From assembly GCA_028534125.1 (NCBI GenBank), contig CM052816.1, positions 22,880,001-22,944,000 on the forward strand: a stretch of DNA of 64,000 bases. Reading direction: 5' to 3'. Position numbers and translations under genes: made by a program. The stretch is from Lama glama (taxonomy: Eukaryota). The notes under the pieces were generated by a model. The model was not told the origin of the DNA and did no database searches. It worked only from the letters and a program-made list of their open reading frames with translations. Shown here piece after piece: positions 25,181-37,600 of the stretch. Each line of letters starts with the position of its first letter. The first letter of the stretch is position 1.

Positions 25181-25310
25181 AGAAGGAAAGCTTTAATAGA
25201 CTATATAGAAACGTTGGGTTCAACTGAAATCAAAAGAAGAAACATGAAACCAATCCTTGCCCAATGTAATTTTTGCTGGAAGCAAGATGAGAAAGAAAAA
25301 TTGTTTCCAG

Positions 25311-26104
25311 TGTATTAGTCAGGGTATTCCGGAGAAACAGAATAGGATATATGTGTATCTTATAAAGACATACACATAGATCGATCCATCTATACAGCTA
25401 TGTATCTGTGCTCAAACTGAAATACCGTCTCTCCCTGGGTCTTGAGTTTAATAGAGCCAACCACCACACTGTGCTTGCAGCTCATCTTGGGACTTGTCAG
25501 CCTCTGTAACTGCATGAGCCAATTCCTTCTAATAAATCTCTTTATATATATACCCCTCTCTCTCAGTCTCTCTAAATAGCTAGATATCTATCTATCTGTC
25601 TATCTATCTAAACATATTTTGAGAGAGACAGAGATTTATGAGATGATACTGGCTCATGTGATTAGGAGGGTAAGTCTTAAGATTTGCATTCACAAGTTGG
25701 AGACCCAGGAGAGCCAATGGCATAGTTCCAGGCCAAGTCTGAAGGCCTGAGAACCAGGAAAGGCAAAGGTATGCCCATCCTGAAAGCCAGCAGGCTCAAC
25801 AACTCAGTAAGAACTGATGTTTCAGTTCAAGTCTGAAGGCAAGAAAAAAACTAATGTCCCTGCTCTAGGCAGTCAGGTAGGAGAAATATCCTCTTACTCA
25901 GTCTTCTTGTTCTATTCAGATCTTCAACAGACTGAATGAGGCCTACCCACTTCACGGAGAACAATTTGTTTTACTCAGGATATCATTTCAAATGTTAATT
26001 TCATCCGGGAAAAACTCTCAGATACACCCAGAATACTTTTTGACCAAACATGTGGGCACTCCATGGCCAAATAAATAAAACTGACACATAAAAGTCATCG
26101 TTAC
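25311..26104 (-). mobile_element. MLT2 (ERVL) LTR containing an inverted MLT2 fragment
   Basis: tgtattagtcagggt...agaaacag...ctggctcatgtgatt...ggagacccaggagagcc...gaatgaggcctaccca...ctgacacataaa. Confidence 0.85.
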
Positions 26105-27329
26105 ACCTGATAAGATCTAAAACTAAATGAAGGTAGCACCATCAGAAAATGTAACTATAAATCACTAAAGAAACAGCCTCAACACAACCCTGGGATTAAG
26201 AAAGCAATCTTCATAGGGTTAAGGCAGAACCTTTTCCAAGTCCAATGTACAATTTTCCACAAATTTTAAGATAAAGTAATTCATTCAAACCTAAAACAGA
26301 TAGCAAATTAAATGTCAACAGGCAGATAACTGAAAGACAAAAAGCAGAAGATGTGTTTAAAAAATCCAACTACTAGAAAAATACAATCTCAGTGTAAGCA
26401 TTCAGCAAAATAAAACATGAATAAAACTGGACACTACAGTTTTAACTACTGTAATATTTAATTCTAAAAATTGTTCTTTAATGACGTTACTGCTTTGATT
26501 TGCAATCTGAAACCTGACATATTTCTGTGGCACAATAATATAAAAATCAGGTATTGTTTCAGGTTTGATCTTTTGGAGCAATTTTTATTTTGAAGCAATT
26601 TCTAGCTGAAAAGAGTAGTACATAAATATAGGTACTCATGAACATGGATAAAATCTTACAGCGTGATTTGTATTTTTAGGGAACCGACACCTAGAATTTC
26701 TGTTTTTAATATTTTTCTGTTTAGTTTTAGTAGTATGTGGTCCTAAAATTCAGTAACATCCACTAGCAGTTTTTCATTCACACTTTCAAACCTATGAGAG
26801 AAAACTGAACTGGAAATTAATCGTTTATTTCCACAAATTTTGAAATCAAAGAAATCGTTTTTTTGAAAATTGGTTTTTAACCTATAAATTTCTGGAATAC
26901 AATTCAAGCCATTACTTTCATTTTGAAAACCAACTTCTGCTCAGAAAAGACCAGTTTGTTCCCTGCCTAATGAGGTTCCCAGAGCCCTAATTACCCCAGG
27001 AATGAGCAAATTAAAACAGACATTGGTGCACGAGTGTAAACTCTTTTGAAGACCTTGCTGAGAAACAGTTACAGGATTTCAATAAGTTAAGATGTTCATC
27101 CAAAAATTTTTGATCCAGTCTTCACTAGTTAACTGATTTTCATTGCTTTAAAATTTCCATGAAAGGATTCAATACCACTTCATAAGAAAACCACCTAACC
27201 TCAGTTTAATACAGCCAGCCACGAAGCACTGCAACTGTGCTTGCAGTTCATCCATCAAGACTGAACTGTCTCTAGTTTAAGCCAGGAGAACACATCTAAG
27301 ACAACAGTATCTGCTCCTACCTAGCATCT

Positions 27330-27760
27330 CTATACCTTTCCTTTCATCCCAAAATATCCTGATTCTTTTTTTTTCCTAGAAAATAACCCTCTTCTAAGCG
27401 TTCATGTATTTCAGGGGAAAGTGATCCAACTTCCAGTTTCCAGGGCAGGCTTTACTGGTCTTAATGTAATTCCTCTTTCCAGAACTGGTTTTAGTAAAGG
27501 TCTCTCATCTTCCACTGAATACTTACATTTTTTTAAAAACGTGCTCAGCACCTCATCACTCAGGCATCATGATAAAGCCTGAGTATAAAACTGACACTGA
27601 GGACGCATATGGTCTTTAATGACCCACTGAGATACTGAATCCATCAACCCTAAAACGCCCTTTCTCTGGACTTTCTGCATATGAAATTATGTATCCTATT
27701 TTTAAGCGAATTTGAGTAGGAATTTCCTATTCTTTGCAGCTGATAGAATTCTGTATGATA
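27330..27760 (+). mobile_element. Old MLT1 (K/L-like) LTR
   Basis: ctctggactttc...ttttaagcgaatttgagtaggaatttcctattctttgcagctga 3' end. Confidence 0.55.
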
Positions 27761-28769
27761 TATGAAGCTTTTACCTTGAATTTTTGAACAAAATTCCATC
27801 TTGGTGAATGATGTGATAAATTTACGTTCATTCCACTTTGCACAATGTTGTCTCCTTGAATTTAAGTTCTAACAAATCTCGTGTTAGAAGAAACATCCTT
27901 GAGCTGTACCATCTGTAGGCACTCTTACCAGTTTTGACCAGTCTATGTTAAAATTTATAAGACACTTTTCAAAACAAAGATTAGATCAGTTCCTAATGCA
28001 GTGCTTGTCATGGACACCATGTCCCAATTTTTCTGATCACACAAGAAGCTGCCAGAATAAACACTGTTGTCTAGGTGGAATTATTTATATCTGTATTCTC
28101 AACACCCACTATAGAAAAATACCACGAACAATTTTTTTTTCAGGCAACTATTCTGGAAGTTCTCAGCTAACTCTTTAACATACTGATAAGTAGCATTTCT
28201 GATAAAAATTAAATTAAAAATTATTATTTGTGGTTTCACCATTTGCTGCATTCAATACATGCTCTCATCTATCAGAAGTTTTAAATACCTAAAGAATAAT
28301 TTTACTTAAGTTATAACTGCATTCCACACTAGTATTCATTTTTTTCACACATAGGAAAAAAACACTTGTTGAAATTATAGTTTTTTATATCTTGGGCATT
28401 ATGGCTTAAATCGTGAATATTTTCAAATATTTATAATTCTGACCAAAATAACTGTTTCATAAAAATATCTTACTCGGCATTTTTCTGTCACACACATTTG
28501 GTTTGCACACTGAACGAGCCGTATCCTGTTCAATCGTAGTAAGAAATATGTGCTCTCCTATTTTTTTCTTAAAAAAATATATTGCTCTCTCACTTTTATG
28601 TTCCAATTTTGAGAGAGAAACAGTTCCCTGAGCTGTGCTGCAACAGAGCAGGAGCACAAGCACAGTGGTAAATGACAGCTGACCGCACTGCTTCACTGTC
28701 AAATAAACACCAGGAATGGAAGGGAGTGTGGAGAACCAGACTGCGTGACGCAGGCAAAATGGGCCCTGG

Positions 28770-28970
28770 CTATCAGCTCCGGCTAATGTGTGCCTCCTTG
28801 TAAGGTGACCCAAGCGTTTGCCAGAGTCTGAATTTTCACCAGAAAACGGGAGTCATGGTTTTACGTGAAACCCTCAATTTTACATGATGGCAACCAATTC
28901 AAACCTGTAAAAGCCTTCTTTGGCTCAACACTGTACAAACCATAAAAACCTTCTCAGCAACCCATGTATA
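28770..28970. mobile_element. MER103-like hAT-Charlie fragment
   Basis: gccagagtctgaattttcaccagaaaac...ttttacgtgaaaccctcaatttt...tggcaaccaattcaaa. Confidence 0.5.
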
Positions 28971-29099
28971 AACTTTGAGCTCTAAGCGTGAAACCACAGG
29001 TCTAAACTTTAATAAATGAAGATAAAAATATATCAGGGAGGTGTGACCAGGGAACCACTAACTAGGCTGTGAGCTGAGAAGCTTCAAGACATGGCTTTG

Positions 29100-32024
29100 A
29101 CTTTTACTTTTATAAATGATATACACGCAAGCACTTGGAAGGGTAAAATGGTAACAAAAGGTTTACTGTCACGAAAAACAGCAGCCCTTTCTCCCACTCC
29201 ACCTCCATTTCTAGCTGTGATAGGAAACTTTCAACTACTTTAGTCACTTATTTTGATATTTATCTCTTGAATTATAGAACATGGTTGTTTATGTTATTTT
29301 TAAATTTTCAGTCATAGGTGGTTTCTACTGACCTTCTGTTATGAAAGTCACTATCCCCTATACCTATCACGTTCTTGCAAACATACACTTGTACACACTT
29401 TTCCCTGCCATCCTTCCATTGTATTTAGAATGGTAGAATTACACTTTGAATATATGAGAATATATAAGTAAGAATATATAAAGGCTATTAATAGCTGAGC
29501 CCTTTAGTGTAACTACTTTCCCTTTCTCATATCTTTTTGTTTTTCCTTGAATTTATATACTTTATTTTTTTCATTTTGCTTATTTTTTATTCACTTATCA
29601 CCAACTCATCCTCAAAGACTCCCCTAGTTTTCTCAGTATCTTAAAGCATATTAAGTCATCTATCAATCTCACATTCTTGGAAGCAACCTTCCCAGAGCTT
29701 TCTGATCTTCCTCAATGTGACTGAGTTTCTCCCCCGTCTGTCATTGCTGAATTTCCCTTTCCCACCCTCTTGGGAATGCATTTTGCTTCTGGGGGGGGAT
29801 ACATCTGCTTCTGCACTCCCATGTCATCCTTGTCCTTCAAAGACACTCTTCATTTTGTTGAGCACCTTTTCTAGCAGCTTCTTAAGAATGAGTGGGAGAG
29901 AATCCTTAAGATTTTATGTCTCAAATATATGAAAATGTCTTAAGAATATCTGCATACTTGCTGGTAATGTGGATGAGTATGGAAATTTGGAGATAAAATT
30001 AATTTTCCCTCAGATAGAGAGATTATTGCTTTACTCTGTTATCTTATAGAATTCAGAATTCTGAAGCCATTTGATTTTTTATTCCTTTATAACATTTTTT
30101 CCTGTCTGGAAGCTTACAGAATCATCTTATTTATTTTAAAAACTTCCCCCTCTACCCTTCTATTGAGTTATTTTAGCTCTGCTATATTTTAAATTTCCGA
30201 GATCTTGCTTTAATTTTTTAATGTTCTTTTTCATGATAACTTGCTTGTATTTCATTTGGGGAATTTTGGTTTTCTTATAGCTTTCTTTGGTTTTTTTGCA
30301 TGTGCTTTTCTTCTTGTATTTTCTGTTTCCTCTAAGTCTCTTTTGTTCTGATTATTTTTTTCTACTTTTTCCTCTCCCTTTCAGGTTAGATGCTTTCCTT
30401 GGATGTTTGGTACTCCTTGTTTATCTGCTGGTTATTTATGTGGAATGGTCTAAAATTAGACTGGAAGCTCTGAGCACATAAATACAAGGGAACAAAGTGA
30501 TCTGACCAAACTGGTTCATTTTAGAAAAACTTTGCTGTCAGTATTTTTAGAACTTTGTTCTGGATTTTCCAGAGGAAATTCTTCTAAACTACCTAGAAGG
30601 TAAAGACCTGCATTCCAGCTGAAGAAGGCAAGAGGTTTCATGGTCTCTGTGTGTGGTATGCAAACTAGAGTTAATTACCCCTCTCTGGGTTGCAACACAG
30701 CACCCCCCACCCCCTCTCAACAGTGCCTGGTAGTACCTCCCAAGTAAATCACCCACAAGTAAAAAATCTCCAGCATCTTGCGGTGAGGAATGGGGAGAGG
30801 TGGAGGGGATGGGGACAAATGTTTGCCTATGTGGTATGGGGCAAGGGATTTACAAATCCGGCTTCTTAAAGACTGTTAACCAAGTTTCCTTACCTAAGTC
30901 CTACTTTCCTATACCCGCTAGAAGTTCCCAGCCCAACAGCTTTCAAAGCTTTGAGTAATTTTCTATTCTGCTTAAATGCTTATGACTTATTCAAGTAAGA
31001 TCCAGCATCTATACTTTTGATACTTTTTCTCCTCTCCCACTGTCCATGTCCTTGTGAGTTTATGCCTATTAAAGATGGATATGTTTAATCTCCACCTTTA
31101 ACTAGGTGCAGATCAGCCCTCTTAAATATACTAGAAACCACTATGGTTTTGGTTGAGCCCTTAACCTTGCAGGCTCAGGGAGTAAATGGTGATGATAATG
31201 ATGACAGTGATGCTAGGTAATTAAGTACTTATTCTGTGTAACATACTCTGCCAAATGCTTTATAGGGAAAAATATCTTCAAATATACTAAAAAACAGTAT
31301 AAAGTTGGTATTAGTATCCATATTTTCATGTTTTGTCTTTGGGGGAAATGTGGATTAGATACTAAAAAAAGAACCTTTCAGCAGCGAATTATTTTCTTAC
31401 CATTGTTTTTTTCCCGATCATTTTCTCGTCTTGTTGCAGTGCCTACAATGCAATAGGATATTGTATAGTAGTAATCATTGCTTATACCTAGCTTTGATAG
31501 GAATGTTTAAAATGTTTTACCTCTAATTTCCTCTAATTATGATGTTTGTTGTAGATTTCTGATACAGCACCTTTTATAAAGGCCGTTTCCTTCCACTTTT
31601 AGGTTGCTAAGTGTTTTGTTCATTCAGCTGTCAAATTAGGACTTACTGTATTTTATCAGTTTTTACTAATTCAGATAACCAGATTGTATATTTACACTGA
31701 TAGTATAGTCAAGTATATTAGCAAATTTCCTAATGCTGAGCCATCTTTGGGTTTCTACAATAAAACGTATCTGCTCCTAATATGTAATGATTTTACTCTC
31801 TTGAATTTAGGATATTTGTAATTGTCTTCATAGCTAAAATTTAATGACAGTCTTCAGTTTGTGTTATATCCTTGACTGATTTTGGCCTGCCACATGAAAT
31901 GAGTTGGAAATATTTCAGTTCTTTTCTGTATCAGAACTGCTCGAATCAGGAATTATCTGTCCTTTAGAGACTGATTAAAACTCATCCTTCTGGGTCTAGT
32001 TCAAATATGAGAAACAGATCTTTA
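29100..32024 (-). mobile_element. Highly degraded old L1M fragments
   Basis: T-rich antisense L1-like motifs (tgaaaatgtctt...gagtatggaaatttgg; tatgatgtttgttgtagatttctgatac; aaatgagttggaaa). Confidence 0.45.
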
Positions 32025-32524
32025 NNNNNNNNNNNNNNNNNNNNNNNNNNNNNNNNNNNNNNNNNNNNNNNNNNNNNNNNNNNNNNNNNNNNNNNNNNNN
32101 NNNNNNNNNNNNNNNNNNNNNNNNNNNNNNNNNNNNNNNNNNNNNNNNNNNNNNNNNNNNNNNNNNNNNNNNNNNNNNNNNNNNNNNNNNNNNNNNNNNN
32201 NNNNNNNNNNNNNNNNNNNNNNNNNNNNNNNNNNNNNNNNNNNNNNNNNNNNNNNNNNNNNNNNNNNNNNNNNNNNNNNNNNNNNNNNNNNNNNNNNNNN
32301 NNNNNNNNNNNNNNNNNNNNNNNNNNNNNNNNNNNNNNNNNNNNNNNNNNNNNNNNNNNNNNNNNNNNNNNNNNNNNNNNNNNNNNNNNNNNNNNNNNNN
32401 NNNNNNNNNNNNNNNNNNNNNNNNNNNNNNNNNNNNNNNNNNNNNNNNNNNNNNNNNNNNNNNNNNNNNNNNNNNNNNNNNNNNNNNNNNNNNNNNNNNN
32501 NNNNNNNNNNNNNNNNNNNNNNNN
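32025..32524. other. Assembly gap (500 N)
   Basis: Run of exactly 500 N. Confidence 0.99.
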
Positions 32525-33329
32525 CTCGTAGGAAAAAGTTACATTTACTTGCTTCCTTATTCCTAGAAAAAATAACATATATACACATATAAATTATTAT
32601 TTATTTAGTAAATCCTCCATGTCAAATGCTGTACTAGTGATATGCAAAAATGAGTAAGATATGGTTCCTAGTATCTGACTTGCTCAAAAGTTAGTGAGGA
32701 AGACTGACGTCAATACATATCTATAATGCCCTGTGGCAACATTGTCGAATATCAGAAAAAAGATATGTACAAATGTTGTCAAAAATGCAAATATGGAACA
32801 AAATTATTCTACAAGTTGTAAATGGTGTGGGGATGTTGGAGGAAGAGATGAGATGTCCCCAGCCTGACACTCGTTGACAGTTTCAACAGGTTAAGACTCT
32901 CTTATTTTCCCAAGTCTCATCAGCCACACGTAATAACCTCAGTAATATTTGGCCCCAAGTCCTATCCAGTTTTGTTGGGGAAACAGCCCTCCACCTATTC
33001 ATGCATGTTCATTATTGACTGTCACTTTTATTCGAAAGAGGCAGGAGAACCTCCTGATTGCCCACTCTGGAGAGGGCATGCTAGAGCTGCCAGTAACACA
33101 CGATCAGCACAAGCTCCACTTCCGCAGGTCCAGTTTTCAACCCTAGAACCAGGACTCTGGTTGCTGCCCCCACTTTTCATCCTTCATTAGTTCCATCCAA
33201 AAGCTACTGTCCACACATTATTTCCACTAAAGCCACTGCTTTATCTGTAAACCAGAGACGTCCTTACACAGTGCAACACCATTCAGGCAAACCCAGAGTT
33301 TATGTCCACCCTCTTATATATCTGAGCTT

Positions 33330-33918
33330 TCCTGAAGTCTTTTATAATCTAAGTCAGATTCTACATCACTGCTCTGCTTATAACCTCTAAAAGGCTTCCC
33401 ATCTTCCTAAGAGTTAAAGCCAAAGTCACTGCACCTTGCAATGCCCTCTGTGACCTGGCTCCTTACTACCTCTGAGGCCTCATCCCTCACATCTTCAGCC
33501 CCCACTCCTGCTTTCTAACCAGTGTGTCTCTCTGCTGTTCCTCCAACTTCAAGTACAATTCCACCTTAAGACACTACTTGCTATTCCCTTTGCCAAGGGA
33601 ACACTTATCTCAGGTATCAGTCTGTTCTCACTTAATTTAAATCTCCACTCAGTTGTCACTGTGTTAGAGAGGCCTTCCCAGGTAACCATGTATAGAAGAG
33701 CAACCTCTGCTCACTCTGGCACTACCTTTCTTACCCTGCTTTACTTTTCTTCATAGCACATAACACACTCTGCCATATTTGCCTGTTCTGTTGGTTTTCT
33801 GCTTCCTCCAGTGGGATATGGGCATGGTACTTTGTTCTGTTCACTGTTTTATCTCTAGCCCCTGGAATAGTACCTGACATTTAGTAGTTCTTCATTAAAT
33901 ACTGCTGAAAAACTGAAT
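33330..33918 (+). mobile_element. L2 LINE 3' end
   Basis: tcactgctctgctta...ctgtgacctggctcc...ttgttctgttcactgtttt...cctggaatagtacctgacatttagtag...taaatactgctgaa. Confidence 0.75.
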
Positions 33919-35399
33919 ATCCAAGACATTTGATACTTTTCTTGCACTGGTCATTAGACTCAAATTTGCACAGCAGTTCACAGCCACAGCTGGTTTGTTT
34001 TGTATATCACACTGCCACATCTGTGAGTAACGAGATTGTGCAGAACCCCAATATGAGCACATAAGAATTAAATGGATAAATAAAGGCATACTGTTGCATA
34101 GAACAAGACACATTTCTAGACAAGAGTATGCTTAGAGGAGTAAAGGATATACATTTTGTAGAAAACTAAATACATACAGACATCTTCTGTCCATTTAGTT
34201 ATTCAGAATGTCAAGAGTGATAAATAAGTTTTTAAATATATTGGAATTTGGGGAACCTAAGTAGACTCTCCTCTCTTTTACACAATTGATCTTACTCAGT
34301 AGCTAGTATGTGCCATCTTTATAATTCAAGCCTGTTTAATTTTGCCTAGGATATTACGAGACCTGGTTTATAATGAATAAAATAATTTAGAAGCAAAATA
34401 AAAAGAAGTAATAATTTTTCCAAATATCTTTCCCCAGGGAAAGTTCTGCTTGTTAATACTAGCCTGAGTTGATCTGAAGGCTTATTAAAAGAAAATGAAA
34501 GATTTGCAAATGGTTCTGTTTGTTTTACGTAGGAGGGGGAATGCATTATTTTTATTCTCTAGGGGGGAAATATGCAACAATTTGATTCGACTCATTCCAC
34601 TACAGAAGCCAGAAGCAATTTCCTCATAAGCATTTCCATTCTTTTCCTCCAAGTCCTCTATTAAGTATTAAGACAAAAAAAAAAAAAAAACAGGGGCGTT
34701 AGATGAATATGAAACAAAAGAGAATATTTAGATTATTTAGGTTATCAATATGATCTACATGATTTCTACCTTTCTGAATTTACTGAGGTTCCTTAGTGGC
34801 CTAGTAAATAATCAGTTGTTTTAAGAGTTTCATGGGACTACACAAAGAAAAAGTACTCTCTATCGTCAGGGTATAGTGTTTGAGATTTACTGATTAGGTC
34901 AACCATATGATTTATTATATTACATGAACTCTTACATATTTTGGTCTATCTCATCAATCATGCACTGACAGAGTTTACTTAAATTCACCTACAACTACTA
35001 TGAATTTCCAGTAGCATTTCTGCTTTACGCTTTTTTGTGGCGTGACAGTTGGTAAATAAAGATGCTTGAAAGTTATAACCTTATTCTAGATTGCACACTT
35101 CATCATTTACAGGGGCACGCCTCTTATTTAACATTTTACCTTGAGTAAAACTCACCCACCAAGCCCATTACTTTGTTAAATATCCAAATTCATCCTTCAT
35201 TCCATTAGTAATTACTTCCGTATCTGGGTATTTTTTACTCTTCTAAATTGAGTCATAGTGCTACTCTATCATACTGAAAACTCAGGTTGAATGATAAATA
35301 AAAGCACTACCAACACACTTTAGATGAAATAGTAAGGGAATGGGAAAAAAGGGGGTGACTGATTAAATACAGAAATAACAAAAACAAGCAAGCAAACAA

Positions 35400-37460
35400 A
35401 CAAAAATACCATGGGTCATTGTTACAGTTCTTTCTTCAACTGGTCTGAAGTGATAGTTATTTACAACTTCCATGTTCCTCAGCTGGTAAGGCTGCTACAC
35501 AAACCGTTCTCCCTGTGGGGCCTGAGCCTTGGTAGATTTTAAAATAATGATGATAATAATAGTAATTATTATTATTATATTATTGGTCTATTTGAAACTC
35601 TATGAACATTTTAAACTGGATGTAGAAGCTGTAAGAGGCATCACAGAGAAATTCCTGGGTTTTCCCCCCGTCCCCCACTACGTAATAACATCAATCACAT
35701 TCATCTTGGGTCAGTCACCACAGACAGTCTATCAATTCCCTTCTTTCCTCAATCCTTTGAGGACAGGAAGAACCCCAACAGTTAACCGGCAGCCTCAGCA
35801 TCAAGGTCAACTGAACCATTATTTTGTGAATGCATTCCTGCCTTGGAAACCAAAAATTCCAAACCTGCCAAAAGCACAGTTTAGAGAGAATGAAAGCAAA
35901 TCTGTAGACGAGGGTCATTAGGAGAAATGAGGAAAAGTAACAAGCTCTTGGTGGCTATATTCTGCCTATGGAAAAAAAGAATCAGAGTTCGGTTACTTGC
36001 TTCGAGCACAGACAGCATCCTGCAGGACAGCACCTCAAAGTTATCAGCTGTTGTCAGCTGGTGTTACAGGAAGTAATGTACTGACCACTGCACCAGTTTG
36101 TAATGAATCCCTTAAACATCAACCTGCTTTCTTACTTTTTCACCATAAAATAATTTCTTTGTTAAAAGCAGTGCATAACGGATACAATGATGGGAAACAA
36201 AGGATTCAGGGTGTCTAAGAAGGACAATCTATATACCCAGAATAAATGTTTATTCCAGTGGGGGCAAGTTTCTGCCCCATCCATGCTGACATGGTTGGCT
36301 GTTTGAACCTTTTCTTCCTATCGGAGGAAAGAGCGTCAGTCAGCCGTTAGAACCCGAGGCACTTAGCAGTGGGGTTAGCCAGACGAACTGTGGTGAGGGA
36401 AAGCCAAGGTTGTTAACAATATATGCAACTTTCATCTCTGCCACTGTGGCCACTTTTCTTATTAAGCCATTGAGCAAACAAGCACTGAGGTAACAGGGAA
36501 GAGTCACACAGAATCCCTAAAACGTGTCTTACCATCCACTTGATTACTGAAGGCCTGGTCTGCAACAGACGCCCCTGATGAATATTCATATGGGACACAA
36601 AGAGTCTACTCCGGCACCATTCTGACAAGACCATACTCAAAATGGGCTGAAATACTGCTTCTAGTCCTCAAATCCTGTTCCCTACAATTACCTGACCATT
36701 CCATCCAAGCTTTAGCCACTGTTCACGAATCAGTATACATTCAGATTTCTGGCCAACTCTCTTCCAGGCCCTCCAGATATATCATCTGAAGACACAGCCA
36801 AAGGATACTACTGCTTCCTCACAGTAGTCGGATACTCCTGAGATACCGCTTAGTGCCATCATATTGTGCTCACTTACCTGCAAGTCAGCCCTCCTTCCTT
36901 CGTCAACTCTGTCTCAGGCATCTTGACGCGGCCACAGACGTACGCTGAGGAAGAGTCGGCACTGCCACGGAGTAGATGCGCTCAACATTAGAAGCACTAA
37001 CCACTGAACGGCAAGCACATGCGCAGCATACAACACTTCAGCAGTCCCCGGCCTGTCGGGGCCCTCCGGGTCTGTGGGACCACGGCCAGTCCAAACCACC
37101 TGAGGGCTGCCCTGGGTGGGTCGGGGGGTCTTCCTTTGCAATACGACCTAATACTAGGGCTGCAAAAGTGAAAGCAGGCTCCGTCTGCTTGTGCTGGGCT
37201 GGCGGGCCTCTCCAGGCACCACGACTCCCAGGTGTGTCTCTCTTTCTATGACGGGTCCGTCTCACCTATCAGGGCTTCACCGTTCCCGACATACCTGGCT
37301 TCTCAACGAATGAAGAGTCTCTATTTCAGTGCGAGCGTGGACACCAGCAGCCGCCGGGTTTCCCCTAAGACTCAGAGAGTAACCAGGCCTCCTCTGAACC
37401 GCGTGCGGCCTGGCCTACGCTGGCTGCGGGCTGAGCCGCAGTCCCTGCTCCGAGGACCTT
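35400..37460 (-). mobile_element. Decayed ERVL pol (RNase H/integrase) internal region
   Basis: ORF 36413-36640 retains FVSHMNIHQ and AQWLNKKSGHSGRD, compared with ERVL FVSHVNAHQ and AQWAHEQSGHGGRD at the start of integrase. Flanking DNA resembles ERVL pol at the nucleotide level. Confidence 0.7.
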
Positions 37461-37600
37461 GCTGCGCAAGACCCGCATGCGCATTTGCCCTCCTGCCCGC
37501 GCCTCAGAGCCTCCGCCCACTGCGACCTCGCCAGCCGCCCGGGTTTCCGGGTGTCTCTTGTTGAAGGACTCCCTCACCCCGCCCCTCCCCACCCCACCAT
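36920..37600. promoter_or_regulatory. Orphan CpG-rich island with promoter motifs
   Basis: About 22 CpG in 37321-37560 by hand count, against a CpG-depleted background. NRF1-type CGCATGCGCA at 37474-37483; GC boxes at 37511-37520 and 37577-37585. Confidence 0.6.

Noticed and set aside
31982..32588. Long ORFs of 174-198 aa
   Set aside because: They span the second N gap and are artefacts.
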